From Candidatus Omnitrophota bacterium (lineage in GTDB: Bacteria > Omnitrophota > Gorgyraeia > Duberdicusellales > 4484-171), in assembly GCA_041652815.1 (NCBI GenBank), contig JBAZGN010000004.1:15890-79889 (forward strand): DNA of 64,000 bases. Direction: 5' to 3'. Position 1 is the stretch's first letter. Every line of letters begins with the position of its first letter. The translations under genes were made by a program, and so were the position numbers. Below are positions 10,487-21,286 of the stretch, piece by piece. The notes beneath the pieces are model-generated. The model was not told the DNA's origin. It saw nothing but the letters and a program-made list of their open reading frames with translations, and ran no database searches.

Positions 10487-10592
10487 AACGCGAACACACG
10501 CGAATCTAACGCTAATATTCGCGAATGGAAAAAATGAGACAAAAAATTATTCGCGGCCATTCGCGTTTGATTTGCGAGAATTAGCGTTTAAA
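10487..10592. repeat. Family-C element, copy 2
   Basis: 'ATTCGCGAATGG...TTATTCGCGGCCATTCGCGTTTGATTTGCGAGAATTAGCGTTTA' between atpE and atpA. Confidence 0.65.
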
Positions 10593-10608
10593 AAAGGTTA
10601 AAATCGAT

Positions 10609-12366
10609 ATGGCAAATATTGCAGGCCGTGTATTTAGGGTTGTGGGCCCGGTTGTAGAAATCGAAGAGGTTACCACGCTTCGCATGCTGGATATGGTTGA
10701 GGTGGGCGATGAGCATCTGATTGGAGAAGTCGTGCGCCTTAAGGAAGATAAGGCGTATGTGCAAGTCTACGAAGACACAACTTCAATCAAAGCAGGGGAC
10801 CCTGTTTACAGCGATGGTTTCCCTTTATCTGTAGAATTGGGGCCGGGACTTATTGGAAAGATTTACGATGGAATACAAAGGCCGCTTGAAGCAATAAAGG
10901 AAAAAGAAGGTATTTTTATAAAACGGGGAGTTCATGTGTCAGCCTTGGATAGAAATAGAAAGTGGCATTTTTTACCTGTAAAAAAAGAAAACACGGATAT
11001 AAAACGGGGAGAATTCCTGGGAGAAGTTACGGAAACCGCTTTAATAAAGCATAAAATAATGGCGCATCCAACAGTAGAAGGTAAATTAAAATGGATTGCT
11101 AAAGAAGGGCAATATCTACTTTCGGAAAAAATTGCTATAGTAGAAAAAGATGGGCAAGATATAGACGTGTTTATGCGGAGCCGCTGGCCGGTCAGAAAAC
11201 CCCGGCCATATCTGGAACGCGAAACCGTAAGTGAGCCTTTAATTACTGGACAACGCGTAATAGACACGCTTTTCCCTGTTGCCAAAGGCGGCTGCGTTGC
11301 GATTCCCGGAGGATTTGGAACGGGCAAAACTGTCGTGCAGCATCAGCTGGCTAAATGGAGCAATGCTGATATTGTTGTGTTCGTTGGTTGTGGTGAGCGC
11401 GGTAATGAAATGACCGATGTCTTATTAAATTTTCCAAAGTTAATTGACCCGCGCACAGGCAGGGCTCTTTCTGAGCGAACAATTTTCATAGCAAACACTT
11501 CAAACATGCCTGTTGCGGCGCGCGAGGCAAGCATTTACACCGGAATTACGCTCGCGGAATATTACAGGGATATGGGTTATAATGTCGCTTTAATGGCGGA
11601 TTCAACTTCCCGCTGGGCAGAGGCGCTTCGTGAGCTTTCCGGCCGCTTAGAAGAAATGCCTCTGGAAGAAGGGTTTCCGGCATACTTACCTTCAAGGCTT
11701 GCTGAATTTTATGAACGTGCCGGTAAAGTAAAAACTTTAAACAAAGACGACGGTTCAATTACAATTATTGCTTCCATATCACCGCAGGGAGGAGATTTCT
11801 CCGAACCGGTTACATCACACACGAAAAGATTTATAAGATGCTTCTGGGCTCTTGACAGGGATTTGGCTAACGCCAGGCATTATCCATCAATCAGCTGGAT
11901 AGACAGTTATTCCGAATATCTTGATGACGTGAAAGAGTGGTGGCATAAAAATATTGACGAAAACTGGCTTAAGTTTCGTTATGAAATTATGGAGCTTTTG
12001 CAAAGAGAGCAAAGGCTGCTTCAGGTTGTAAAGCTGGTAGGGCCTGATGTTTTGCCTCAGACCCAGCGGCTTATACTTGAAATCTGCAGTATATTTAAGA
12101 ATACATTTCTTCAGCAAAGCGCATTCGATAGTGTAGATACTTATTCCTCAGCCCGTAAACAATTTCTAATGTTAAAAATAATCCTTCTGTTTTTCCATAA
12201 AAGCGAAGAACTGGTTAAAAAAGGAATAAACGTAAATGAAATAAGAGAGACTACAATCTACAAGGAAATTATGCGCATGAAACTTACCTATACTGAAAGT
12301 GACCTTGAAAAATTAGCCAAATTACCTGAAAAAATAGATGAAGCTTTGGCAGAGCTGAGTATTTAA
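10609..12366 (+). CDS. atpA: V/A-type ATP synthase catalytic subunit A
   Basis: 585 aa; P-loop 'GGFGTGKTV'; 'non-homologous region' insertion typical of A subunits; '[10 protein letters not shown]' C-terminal motif. Confidence 0.95.
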   Translation: MANIAGRVFRVVGPVVEIEEVTTLRMLDMVEVGDEHLIGEVVRLKEDKAYVQVYEDTTSIKAGDPVYSDGFPLSVELGPGLIGKIYDGIQRPLEAIKEKEGIFIKRGVHVSALDRNRKWHFLPVKKENTDIKRGEFLGEVTETALIKHKIMAHPTVEGKLKWIAKEGQYLLSEKIAIVEKDGQDIDVFMRSRWPVRKPRPYLERETVSEPLITGQRVIDTLFPVAKGGCVAIPGGFGTGKTVVQHQLAKWSNADIVVFVGCGERGNEMTDVLLNFPKLIDPRTGRALSERTIFIANTSNMPVAAREASIYTGITLAEYYRDMGYNVALMADSTSRWAEALRELSGRLEEMPLEEGFPAYLPSRLAEFYERAGKVKTLNKDDGSITIIASISPQGGDFSEPVTSHTKRFIRCFWALDRDLANARHYPSISWIDSYSEYLDDVKEWWHKNIDENWLKFRYEIMELLQREQRLLQVVKLVGPDVLPQTQRLILEICSIFKNTFLQQSAFDSVDTYSSARKQFLMLKIILLFFHKSEELVKKGINVNEIRETTIYKEIMRMKLTYTESDLEKLAKLPEKIDEALAELSI

Positions 12367-12469
12367 ATATAGTATTAATTTAGTAGTTTGGGAATATAAA
12401 TATGTTCACGGAAACAATCCGTCTGAATCCGTCTATGATGTTACTCAGTTAGCTAAACATTTACTAAAT

Positions 12470-13849
12470 ATGAAAGAATATAATTTAAGAGAATATCTTG
12501 GTTTAGATGAAATAGTCGGGCCGGTTTTTGTCATTCGCAATATTCATAATGTCGGTTACAACGAACTGGTTGATATAGTAGATAAGGATGGCAAAACACG
12601 GTTAGGCATAATCATAGAAGCAGGCAAAGGTTATGCTTATGTGGAAGTTTTAGGCGGAACCAGCGGACTTGCTTTAAAATCAAGCAAGGTAAGATTCAAA
12701 GAAAAACCGCTGATGGTCGGAGTTTCGGAGGACGTTTTAGGAAGAGTATTCGACGGGCTCGGCAATCCGCTGGATGGAATGTCTAAGCCGCTTTATGAGG
12801 ATTACGTTAATGTTAATGGTTTTGCAATAAATCCGACTGCGCGCGATTATCCTAAAAACATAATTGAAACAGGCATCTCATCCATAGATGTAATGAATAC
12901 ACTTATAAGAGGGCAGAAACTTCCGATATTTTCCGGAAGCGGATTGCCTCATGATTTGATTGCCACTCAGATTGCACGCCAGGCGCACGTAAAGAAAGAA
13001 AGTTTTTGCGTTATCTTTGTAGCCATGGGTGTTAAGTATGATACTGCAAAGTTTTTTATAAAAAGCTTCGAAGACTCAGGAGTCCTTGAGCGGGTAACTA
13101 TGTTTTTAAGTCTTGCAGACAGCCCGTCAATTGAAAGGCTGCTTACGCCAAAACTTGCATTAAGCTCGGCCGAATTTTTGGCGTTTAAGAAAAATATGCA
13201 TGTTTTAGTAATAATGACTGATATGTCAAACTACTGCGAAGCGCTGCGTGAACTTTCAACCATAAGAGGAGAAATACCAGCCAGGAAGGGCTATCCCGGC
13301 TATCTCTATAGCGACCTGGCAAGTTTGTACGAACGCGCTGGAATGATTAAAGGCATAAATGGTTCGATAACGCAGTTGCCAATACTTACTATGCCTAATG
13401 ATGATATCACGCATCCTATACCCGATTTAACCGGTTACATTACCGAGGGGCAAATTGTTCTGGAAAGGGAAATGTATGCAAGAGGAATATACCCTCCGAT
13501 AGCAGGGCTGCCTTCGCTGTCACGTCTTATGAAAGATAATATCGGTGAAGGCCTGACCAGGGAAGACCATTCAGCGCTTGCTTCGCAGCTATTTGCTTGT
13601 TATGCCAAAGTAAAAGATATCCGCGCGCTTGCTTCGATTATAGGGGAAGAAGAGCTTTCGCCTCTTGACAATCTTTATCTTAAATTCGGTGACGATTTCG
13701 AAAAGAAATTCCTAACTCAAAGTTATTATGAGAACCGTTCGCTCGAACAAGGCCTTGATCTTGGGTGGCAGGTGCTTTCGATTTTACCTGCTGATGAGTT
13801 GGTCAGAATACGCGAAGAATTGATAAAGAAATACTATAAAAAACTGTAA
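12470..13849 (+). CDS. atpB: V/A-type ATP synthase subunit B
   Basis: 459 aa; strong similarity pattern to V-type B (for example '[18 protein letters not shown]', '[18 protein letters not shown]'). Confidence 0.95.
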   Translation: MKEYNLREYLGLDEIVGPVFVIRNIHNVGYNELVDIVDKDGKTRLGIIIEAGKGYAYVEVLGGTSGLALKSSKVRFKEKPLMVGVSEDVLGRVFDGLGNPLDGMSKPLYEDYVNVNGFAINPTARDYPKNIIETGISSIDVMNTLIRGQKLPIFSGSGLPHDLIATQIARQAHVKKESFCVIFVAMGVKYDTAKFFIKSFEDSGVLERVTMFLSLADSPSIERLLTPKLALSSAEFLAFKKNMHVLVIMTDMSNYCEALRELSTIRGEIPARKGYPGYLYSDLASLYERAGMIKGINGSITQLPILTMPNDDITHPIPDLTGYITEGQIVLEREMYARGIYPPIAGLPSLSRLMKDNIGEGLTREDHSALASQLFACYAKVKDIRALASIIGEEELSPLDNLYLKFGDDFEKKFLTQSYYENRSLEQGLDLGWQVLSILPADELVRIREELIKKYYKKL

Positions 13850-13876
13850 AAAGATTAAATTGATGCTGGATACTTG

Positions 13877-14575
13877 ATGCTTGATGTTCATGCCGGAATA
13901 AACCGACGAGTATCTAGAATCTGGCATCAAGTATCAAATAGCGATTTAATTAAAATCATGAGAGCAAACATAGCAGCGACAAAAACAAATCTTTTACGGG
14001 TAAAGAAAACCCTTGCGCTTACAGAGGAAGGGTACGAACTGCTTGATGAAAAAAGAAGGCTTCTCATAACTGAATTAACCTCTATAATACATGTTGTAGA
14101 CAGGTTTCAGCGCGAGCTGGATGAGGTTTTGGCTAAGGCTTATGTTTTAGTCGATAAGGCAACTATGGTTATGGGAAGGCAAAAACTTGAGGCGCTTAGC
14201 ATGGCTATAGACATAAAAAGCTCAGTTACTATTTTCAACCGAAGGATTATGGGCGTGAATATTCCGGCAATAGACCTAAAAATTGTCGAAAATGAACCGT
14301 ATTATAGCCCGGTAGGCGTAAGCTTCTATGCCGATGAAGTAGTTGTAAGGTTCAAGGAGGTTCTCAGATTAATTTCCCAGCTCGCCGAGAAAAAAATCGC
14401 ATTACTACGCATTGCAAAGGAAGTACAAAAGATTATAAGAAAAGTAAATGCTCTTGAAAAAATCCATCTACCGTTCTACAGGCAAACCCTTAAATATATA
14501 AACGATAGCCTTGAAGAAGAAGCTCGGGAATCATTCTCGATGCTTAAGCTTATCAAGGAAAGGCTGGGTAGGTAA
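13877..14575 (+). CDS. atpD: V/A-type ATP synthase subunit D
   Basis: Coiled-coil central-stalk protein; the true start may be the internal ATG at 13958 ('MRANIAATKTNLL...'). Confidence 0.8.
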   Translation: MLDVHAGINRRVSRIWHQVSNSDLIKIMRANIAATKTNLLRVKKTLALTEEGYELLDEKRRLLITELTSIIHVVDRFQRELDEVLAKAYVLVDKATMVMGRQKLEALSMAIDIKSSVTIFNRRIMGVNIPAIDLKIVENEPYYSPVGVSFYADEVVVRFKEVLRLISQLAEKKIALLRIAKEVQKIIRKVNALEKIHLPFYRQTLKYINDSLEEEARESFSMLKLIKERLGR

Positions 14576-15063
14576 TGGCGAAAATATTAAATATCGCGGT
14601 TTCTCTTTCCGGAAGTGCGGCGTCATTGATTACGGCAAAATACGCAATTTATCTTTCAAGGCAATTAAATGCCAAACTTTACGCCATATATGTAGTAGAT
14701 GCCAGGAGCTTGCATGAGCTGCTTAAGACAAGAATATTCGTAGAGATCGAGGCTGTTGAGTATGAGCGTGATTTAAAAGACCAGGGTGTAAATGTTATTG
14801 AGAGGGTAAGGAAAATGGCTGAAATAAAAAAGGTTGAATACGAGGGCTTGCTTCTTAATGGTGTGGTGCACGAGGAAGTAGTAAATAAGGTTAGAGAGCT
14901 TTCGGCCGGTTTGCTGGTTATAGGAGAGCTGAAAGAAATCGTTTCGCGCCGGGAAATATTTTACGATGAAGGAGAGAGGATTTTTAGGGAGTCGCCTTGC
15001 CCGGTTGTAGTTGTTAAGAATCCCGAAGAGGTTGAAAGGCTGTATAAAGAGGTAGAACAATAA
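14575..15063 (+). CDS. Universal stress protein (UspA) family
   Basis: 162 aa; USP-like α/β fold pattern ending 'PCPVVVVKN'; start overlaps the atpD stop (TAATG). Confidence 0.6.
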   Translation: MAKILNIAVSLSGSAASLITAKYAIYLSRQLNAKLYAIYVVDARSLHELLKTRIFVEIEAVEYERDLKDQGVNVIERVRKMAEIKKVEYEGLLLNGVVHEEVVNKVRELSAGLLVIGELKEIVSRREIFYDEGERIFRESPCPVVVVKNPEEVERLYKEVEQ

Positions 15064-15139
15064 GTAATACACGAATTTCCACGTCCCGCCCCTTAGTGTT
15101 TTTATAAAGCGGGATCCCGCCAAAGGCGGGAAATTAAAA

Positions 15140-15219
15140 ACGAATTACCGCGAATTTTTTATTCACGATATATAATTTTCATCCGTGGTCATTTGTATAT
15201 AATTCGTGGATATTAGTGT
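15140..15219. promoter_or_regulatory. Family-D second copy (left half-site ACGAATTACCGCGAAT + 'AATTCGTGGATATTAGTGT' box) upstream of ptsN
   Basis: Half-site identical to the consensus; box 18/19 identical to the copy at 2091-2109. Confidence 0.55.
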
Positions 15220-15238
15220 CAACAGGAGGTCGTACACA

Positions 15239-15709
15239 ATGAAGATATCGGATTACCTAAAAAAAGAATTTTGCATAATGGATTTAAAAGCAACCACCAA
15301 GGAGCAGGCTATACGAGAGGTTGCCAGCTGCCTTACCGTTAATGGTAAGATAAAAGATAAAGAAAAGTTTATAAATGATATCCTCGAGCGCGAAAGCCTG
15401 GGTTCAACCGGAATAGGCCATAAAGTTGCAATACCACATTCGCGCACCGAAGTAGTAAATGGTTTTGCCATAGGTTTCGGCCGCTCCAAGGAGGGGATTG
15501 ATTTTAAGGCGCTGGATGGAGATAAAGTTAATCTCATTTTTCTTATGGGCGCAAATCCCAGCGAGCTTAATTTGTATTTAAGGCTGCTTGCTGAGCTTTC
15601 CAGGCTGCTTATGGAAAATTCTTTCCGCAGGGAGTTGCTTTCCGTAAATACCGGCGAGGAAGTTGTGGATATAATAAAAAAATATGAAGCAAGCGGGTTA
15701 GTGCGATGA
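15239..15709 (+). CDS. ptsN: PTS EIIA (nitrogen-regulatory PtsN/fructose-type) family protein
   Basis: Start at internal ATG with AGGAGG RBS 9 nt upstream; conserved His in 'GIGHKVAIPHSR'. Confidence 0.7.
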   Translation: MKISDYLKKEFCIMDLKATTKEQAIREVASCLTVNGKIKDKEKFINDILERESLGSTGIGHKVAIPHSRTEVVNGFAIGFGRSKEGIDFKALDGDKVNLIFLMGANPSELNLYLRLLAELSRLLMENSFRRELLSVNTGEEVVDIIKKYEASGLVR

Positions 15710-16926
15710 TGAAAACTCAAAGCGGAGAAGTTCTTTCCATGGTTATGGCAGGTGGCCGCGGCGAGCGGTTATATCCTTTAACGCTTGAACGCACGAAGCC
15801 ATCGGTTCCTTTCGGCGGAAAATATAGGATAATAGATTTTGCCTTAAGCAACCTTATAAACTCCGGTATTTATTCTATATACGTATTAGTGCAATATAAA
15901 TCCCAATCGTTGATTGAGCATATAAGGACTACCTGGAGTAAGGGGGGCGTGCTTACCAAGCATTTTGTAACTGTGGTTCCGCCTCAAATGAGGAAAAAAC
16001 AGGAATGGTACAAAGGCACAGCTGACTCTATATATCAGAACATAAATTTAGTTTATGATTTCAAGCCAAGATTTGTTGCTATATTTGCCGGAGACCATAT
16101 CTACCGGATGAATATAAGCGAAATGATTGATTATCATTTACGTAAAAAAGCTCATCTTACAATTTCGGTTATGCCGATGGAGTCGAAATATTCCAGTCAG
16201 TTCGGCATAGTCGGTGTGAATGATGAAAATAGAGTCAAAAGTTTTGAAGAAAAACCGGTGATTTCAAGCAAAAAAACGATTTTCGCGTCAATGGGCAATT
16301 ACATTTTTGATACGGATTTTCTTATAGATGTTCTTGAGGAAGATGCTAAGCGAGACACCAGCCGCGATTTCGGAAAAGATATAATACCCTACCTTGCCAA
16401 GCGCAACGCAAAAGTTTACGCCTATGATTTTTCGAAAAATAGAATACCTGGCCTGAATAAATATGAAAGCCCTTTTTACTGGAAAGACGTAGGAACTATT
16501 GCCAGCTATTGGCAGGCGAATATGGATTTATTAGGTACATCTCCGAGCCTTGACCTGGATAACCAGAGCTGGCCTATTTATGCTTCTAACTTGGACAGCC
16601 CCCCGGCAAGAATTATAGAATCAGAGATAGAAAATTCCCTGGTTTGTGAAGGTTCTAGGATATCAGGGGCAAAAATAAAAAATTCAATTATCGGGCGCGC
16701 AGTTAAAGTTGAACAGGGCTGCATAATAGAAGATTCGATAGTAATGGATTTTACCTACATACATAAAGGTTCTCATTTGAAAAAGGTTATAACCGACCGT
16801 TTTAATATTATTCCTCGCGACAGCCGCATAGGCCATAACAGAAAAGAAGACAGCAAGAATTACTATCTGGATTCTTCAGGTATTACAGTTGTAAAACGCG
16901 GCTCAAGAAAAGCATATTACTTTTAA
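15706..16926 (+). CDS. glgC: Glucose-1-phosphate adenylyltransferase
   Basis: 'MAGGRGERLYPLT...KPSVPFGGKYRIIDFALSN' N-terminal nucleotidyltransferase signature plus LbH C-terminal region. Confidence 0.9.
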   Translation: MMKTQSGEVLSMVMAGGRGERLYPLTLERTKPSVPFGGKYRIIDFALSNLINSGIYSIYVLVQYKSQSLIEHIRTTWSKGGVLTKHFVTVVPPQMRKKQEWYKGTADSIYQNINLVYDFKPRFVAIFAGDHIYRMNISEMIDYHLRKKAHLTISVMPMESKYSSQFGIVGVNDENRVKSFEEKPVISSKKTIFASMGNYIFDTDFLIDVLEEDAKRDTSRDFGKDIIPYLAKRNAKVYAYDFSKNRIPGLNKYESPFYWKDVGTIASYWQANMDLLGTSPSLDLDNQSWPIYASNLDSPPARIIESEIENSLVCEGSRISGAKIKNSIIGRAVKVEQGCIIEDSIVMDFTYIHKGSHLKKVITDRFNIIPRDSRIGHNRKEDSKNYYLDSSGITVVKRGSRKAYYF

Positions 16927-16961
16927 GTATAGGTTGATACAGCTATTTTGTAAAATAACCA

Positions 16962-17090
16962 ATAACCAAGATACAATAACCAAACAAATTCCAATAATCA
17001 ATAACCAAACAATTTTTTCGTTATCCTTTTGGATATTGGAATTTGGTCATTGGTTATTGTTTGGTCATTGGAAATTGGAACTTGGTTATT
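16962..17090. repeat. Family-A repeat, copy 2
   Basis: The first about 45 bp are near-identical to copy 1; the right arm is degenerate TTGGTCATTGG/TTGGTTATT; between glgC and the nitroreductase. Confidence 0.75.
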
Positions 17091-17110
17091 TCTCACTATC
17101 TGTATAGAAC

Positions 17111-17638
17111 ATGGATGTATTCGAAGCAATAAAGAAAAGAAGAAGTGTTCGTGGCTACCTGGATAAACCAGTTGAGGAAGGTAAGCTTTTAAAGATCCTC
17201 GAAGCTGCCCGCCTTGCGCCTTCTGCTTCCAATAGGCAAGAGTGGAGATTCGTCGTAGTTAAGGATAAAGAATTAAAAGTGCAGCTTGCTAAAGCAGCCA
17301 AGGGCCAGGTATTTATTGGCCAGGCCCCAGTAGTTATAGCCTGTTGCGCAGAAACCGATAGCCATCTAATGACTTGCGGGCAATTGTGTTATCCTATAGA
17401 TGTAGCAATAGCTATAGACCATATGACACTTAGAGCAGTTGAATTAGGCCTTGATACATGCTGGATTGGCGCATTTTGGGAAGAAGAAGTAAAAAAAATC
17501 CTTGAGATACCAAAAGATATAAAAGTCGTTGAATTGCTTTGTTTGGGTTATGCAAAAGAAGAGCCGCAATGCCCAAAAGATCGGCTTAAAATCGGAAAAA
17601 TAGTTTTTTCCGAAAAGTGGGATAAACCTTACCGTTAA
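17111..17638 (+). CDS. Nitroreductase family protein
   Basis: 175 aa; 'RRSVRGY...APSASNRQEWRFVVV' nitroreductase signature. Confidence 0.8.
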   Translation: MDVFEAIKKRRSVRGYLDKPVEEGKLLKILEAARLAPSASNRQEWRFVVVKDKELKVQLAKAAKGQVFIGQAPVVIACCAETDSHLMTCGQLCYPIDVAIAIDHMTLRAVELGLDTCWIGAFWEEEVKKILEIPKDIKVVELLCLGYAKEEPQCPKDRLKIGKIVFSEKWDKPYR

Positions 17639-17730
17639 ACGCAGATATGCGCGAAATCCTTCCTGTAAGCAAAATGTAATTTTTCCAGTATTCCGGCAAC
17701 CGTTAAGATAGCAAAGTTTTCGGTTGAGTC

Positions 17731-17895
17731 AAGCGGTTGCGGTTGTCTGCCCGCCGCAGGCGGGCGAGCTCGTCACGGTTGCGTTAAACGTTATCCGTCT
17801 TTTTTATTCTTTTGATACGTAACCGTTAAACGAATGACGTAACGAGCCGCGCAACCGATAAACGTAAGACGTAACCCGGCAATTTAACGGTTAAT
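17731..17895. repeat. Family-B interspersed repeat (CGGTTGCG / ACGTAA modules with GCCCGCC-N4-GGCGGGC hairpin), copy 1
   Basis: 'GCGGTTGCGGTTGTCTGCCCGCCGCAGGCGGGCGAGCTCGTCACGGTTGCGTTAAACG...GACGTAACGAGCCGCG'. Confidence 0.7.
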
Positions 17896-17952
17896 ACGAG
17901 AAGAATGATTGATTTTTAGTGTTTGGGTGGTATAATTAACAAGTTTTTTGGT

Positions 17953-18082
17953 GGCGCGAATAAACGCTAATTTTAACCTTGATAGCTTTATTAAGGTATA
18001 AACGCGAATACTCGCGAATGAGAAACAAATACTAATAAACTATTCGCGACAATTCGCGTTAGATTTGCGAAAATTCGCGTTT
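17953..18082. repeat. Family-C element, copy 3
   Basis: 'CATTAAGGTATAAACGCGAATACTCGCGAATG...CTATTCGCGACAATTCGCGTTAGATTTGCGAAAATTCGCGTTTA' directly upstream of pta. Confidence 0.65.
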
Positions 18083-18099
18083 ACTGAAGGGAGGAATCT

Positions 18100-19047
18100 A
18101 TGAATCCGATTATCGAACGTATCAGGGCAAGAGCAAAACAAAACCCAAAAAAAATAATCTTTCCGGAAGATAATGACGAACGGGTGCTTGAGGCGATAAA
18201 GTATATCGAAAAAGAACGCATTGCCATCCCCATGCTTCTTACTCACGATAACCTTGAACCGGAAAAGCAGGAAGAATTCGCCAACATTTTTTACGAGAGA
18301 AAGCAGGTAAAAGGCATAACCTTCGAAGAAGCCAGAGAAATGACTGAAAATCCTCTTAACTACGCTGCGATGATGGTTAAACGTGGTTATGCTGACGGCT
18401 TTGTTGCCGGCGCAAGATTAACGTCTTCTTCAGTAATAAAAGCTTCTCTTAATTGCCTTGAACTGGATAGAAGCATTGGCCTTATTTCAAGTTGTTTTTT
18501 AATGGCTGTTCCAAATTGTGAATACGGAGAGCGAGGAGTATTTCTTTATGCTGATTGCGGAGTAATTCCGTATCCGACAAGCGAGCAGCTTGCAACGATT
18601 GCAATATCAACAGCGCGTTTTGCGAAAGAAATTTTAGAGTTTGACCCCAAAGTAGCGCTTTTAAGTTTCTCCACAAAGGGAAGCGCGGAAGGCAGGTGGG
18701 TTGATAAAATAAAGGAAGCAGTTGAGGTAGCTAAATCACGAAACAGCGGCTTTGCTATAGATGGAGAGCTTCAGGTAGATGCGGCACTCGTTCCTGATGT
18801 TGCGAAAAGAAAGCTTGGCGACAGCGAAGTTGCGGGGCGTGCCAATGTTTTGATTTTTCCTAATCTTGATGCGGGTAATATTTGTTATAAAATAACCCAA
18901 AGGCTTGCGAATGCCCGCGCAGTTGGGCCTATAATTCTTGGCACAGTGCAACCGTGCAGCGACCTTTCGCGCGGCTGCGATGTAGATGATATTGTTGACT
19001 GTACGGCAGTTACAGTAATAAGAGCGCAAAAAGCCGCACAAAAATAA
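18100..19047 (+). CDS. pta: Phosphate acetyltransferase
   Basis: 315-aa Pta/PtaB catalytic domain; adjacent to ackA. Confidence 0.85.
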   Translation: MNPIIERIRARAKQNPKKIIFPEDNDERVLEAIKYIEKERIAIPMLLTHDNLEPEKQEEFANIFYERKQVKGITFEEAREMTENPLNYAAMMVKRGYADGFVAGARLTSSSVIKASLNCLELDRSIGLISSCFLMAVPNCEYGERGVFLYADCGVIPYPTSEQLATIAISTARFAKEILEFDPKVALLSFSTKGSAEGRWVDKIKEAVEVAKSRNSGFAIDGELQVDAALVPDVAKRKLGDSEVAGRANVLIFPNLDAGNICYKITQRLANARAVGPIILGTVQPCSDLSRGCDVDDIVDCTAVTVIRAQKAAQK

Positions 19048-19061
19048 GCCCGAAAAATGAA

Positions 19062-19093
19062 CCCCGCCCTTCCAAAAGATAGGAAGGGCGGGG
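19062..19093 (+). other. pta-ackA intergenic GC hairpin (CCCCGCCCTTCC-N8-GGAAGGGCGGGG) with a third half-site copy at 19129-19140 covering the ackA RBS/start
   Basis: 12-bp perfect stem; the 3' arm sequence recurs at 19129-19140, ending at the GTG start. Confidence 0.55.
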
Positions 19094-19139
19094 TAAAAAT
19101 ATCTCTACTAAAAAAATAATCTAAAGGAGGAAGGGCGGG

Positions 19140-20240
19140 GTGAAAATACTAGTAATAAATTGCGGCAGTTCTTCCATAAAGTATAAACTTTATGAATTCC
19201 CCAGAAAAAAATTAATTACAAAGGGGTTAATTGAAAAAATCGGAGAAAAAAATTCTTCCATACAAAACCATTCGCAGGGAATAAAAGAATTATTTTCCCG
19301 CCTCGTTAAAAACAGGATACTAAAGGACATAAATGAAATTGCTGCTATAGGCCACAGGGTTGTCCATGGCGGCGAAACATTCAAAAAGCCCACCGTAATA
19401 GATGCGCAAGTAATTGCGAAGATAAAAGACTGTATTGGCCTTGCTCCTTTGCATAATCCGGCAAATCTTGAGGGTATTCTTGGCTGTAAAGAAGTTTTAC
19501 CCGAAATCCGCCAGGTTGCCGTGTTTGATACGGCATACCATCAGACAATTCCCGACTACGCGTATTCTTACGCAATACCCGGAGAATATTACAAAAAATA
19601 CGGAGTTAGAAAATACGGATTTCACGGCACATCCCACCAGTTTGTTGCGCATAAATGCGCTGAGGTTTTAAATAAACCGTTGAATAAGCTAAAAATAATA
19701 ACCTGTCATCTTGGAAACGGTTGCAGCATTGCTGCTGTGGATAGAGGAAAAGTAATAGATACTTCAATGGGCTTTACTCCACTGGAAGGCCTGATTATGG
19801 GTACACGCTGCGGCGATATTGATGTTGCAGCAGTTTTTTATATAATGGAAAAAGAACGCCTGACAATTCATCAAATGGATGAAATTCTAAACAGAAAGAG
19901 CGGGCTTTTGGGTGTTTCCGGCATAAGCAATGACATAAGAACGCTCAAAGAAGAGGTTAAAAAGAAAAATACATCTGCAAAACTTGCAATTGATATGTTT
20001 TTACACAGGATAAAAAAATATATAGGCGCGTATCATCTTATTTTAGATGGGGCTGATGCCGTATGTTTTACTGCCGGAATAGGTGAGAATAACCCGGCTA
20101 TGATAAATAAGCTAAAAAAACATATCCGCAAAATATCACGCAAGGTTAAAGTTTTGGTTGTGCCCACCGATGAAGAGCTGATGATTGCAAGTTTAACCTA
20201 CGGGTTGCTTAATAATACATCCAAGCCGAAAAAAGACTAA
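19140..20240 (+). CDS. ackA: Acetate kinase
   Basis: GTG start; 'KILVINCGSSSIKYKLY' N-terminal signature and 'VHGGE' motif. Confidence 0.9.
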   Translation: MKILVINCGSSSIKYKLYEFPRKKLITKGLIEKIGEKNSSIQNHSQGIKELFSRLVKNRILKDINEIAAIGHRVVHGGETFKKPTVIDAQVIAKIKDCIGLAPLHNPANLEGILGCKEVLPEIRQVAVFDTAYHQTIPDYAYSYAIPGEYYKKYGVRKYGFHGTSHQFVAHKCAEVLNKPLNKLKIITCHLGNGCSIAAVDRGKVIDTSMGFTPLEGLIMGTRCGDIDVAAVFYIMEKERLTIHQMDEILNRKSGLLGVSGISNDIRTLKEEVKKKNTSAKLAIDMFLHRIKKYIGAYHLILDGADAVCFTAGIGENNPAMINKLKKHIRKISRKVKVLVVPTDEELMIASLTYGLLNNTSKPKKD

Positions 20241-20261
20241 TCTTAAATTACGGAGGTAATT

Positions 20262-20624
20262 ATGTTACGGACAATGTTGAAATCAAAAATTTACTACGCA
20301 ACAGTAACAGAAGCGCAGCTTCATTATAAAGGAAGCATTACTATAGATGAGGACATAATAGAAAAGGCAAATTTGCTGGTTCATGAAAAAGTCGAAGTCC
20401 TCAACATGAATAACGGCTCACGCATAGAAACCTATGTGATTTCCGGTAAACGCGGTAGCGGTATAATTTGTTTAAACGGCCCGGCAGCAAGGACCGGCAT
20501 AAAAGGGGATAAGCTGGTTATATTAGCGTATGGTTTATACGACGAAAATGAAATTAAGGGATTAAAGGCAAATTACGTGGAGCTTGACGATGCAAACAAA
20601 ATTAAGAATATACACCTGGCCTGA
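20262..20624 (+). CDS. panD: Aspartate 1-decarboxylase
   Basis: 120 aa; 'MLRTMLKSKIYYATVT' and 'GSITID' pro-enzyme cleavage region. Confidence 0.9.
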   Translation: MLRTMLKSKIYYATVTEAQLHYKGSITIDEDIIEKANLLVHEKVEVLNMNNGSRIETYVISGKRGSGIICLNGPAARTGIKGDKLVILAYGLYDENEIKGLKANYVELDDANKIKNIHLA

Positions 20625-21117
20625 GCGCATTTTATCTAAAAAATGCAGAAAAGTTTCCGTAGTGGACGATAAGATAAGGAAGATTATTGATGAGATGCGG
20701 CTTTTGATGATTGAAGGTAAAGGTGTTGGTATTGCTGCAAACCAGGTCGGGATTGATTTAAGATTGGCAGTTATTGAATTCGAAGATAAAATTTTTAAAA
20801 TTGTCAATCCGCGCATATTAAAGAAAGAAGGGAAAGTCAAATTTTTAGAAGGCTGCCTTAGCTTCCCCGGTTTGGAAGTTGAAATCAACAGAGCGAAAAA
20901 AATATGGGTTTCTTATACTAACGAAAAGAATGAACCGGTTGACCTTGAGCTGGATGGCATATTCTCTATAGTATTTCAGCATGAGATAGATCATTTAGAC
21001 GGTATATTGATAAGCGATAAAATATCATTCTGGAAGAAAATGAAAGTTGCCCCGCTGCTGAAGAAAATCAAAAAAGATACCAAAAATGAATTGTCTAAAC
21101 AAGCAAAAAAATATTAA
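20584..21117 (+). CDS. def: Peptide deformylase
   Basis: 'GIAANQVG', 'EGCLSFPG' and 'QHEIDHLDG' motifs; the 5' end overlaps panD by about 40 nt, so the start is uncertain. Confidence 0.85.
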   Translation: MTMQTKLRIYTWPERILSKKCRKVSVVDDKIRKIIDEMRLLMIEGKGVGIAANQVGIDLRLAVIEFEDKIFKIVNPRILKKEGKVKFLEGCLSFPGLEVEINRAKKIWVSYTNEKNEPVDLELDGIFSIVFQHEIDHLDGILISDKISFWKKMKVAPLLKKIKKDTKNELSKQAKKY

Positions 21118-21286
21118 CGATTGTAACTGTTCGTACGAGCCTTGTGCAAGAAAAGGTGTTTGTTGCGAGTGCCTGCGTTATCACCGCGCAAGTTCAGAAC
21201 TTCCTGCCTGCTATTTTGCATCTGATGCCGAAAAAACATACGACCGTTCAATAAATCATTTTTTAAAAGTTAACAAAAATAAATGA
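21086..21286 (+). CDS. Small Cys-rich hypothetical protein (9 Cys in 66 aa)
   Basis: ORF wedged between def and trxB; its stop overlaps the trxB start (ATGA); coding status uncertain. Confidence 0.35.
   Translation: MNCLNKQKNINDCNCSYEPCARKGVCCECLRYHRASSELPACYFASDAEKTYDRSINHFLKVNKNK

Noticed and set aside
10932-12117. Minus-strand ORFs (10932-11327, 11343-11534, 11546-11758, 11887-12117) inside atpA
   Set aside because: They are fully embedded antisense in a highly conserved catalytic-subunit gene, with no RBS or homology features; they look like chance ORFs.
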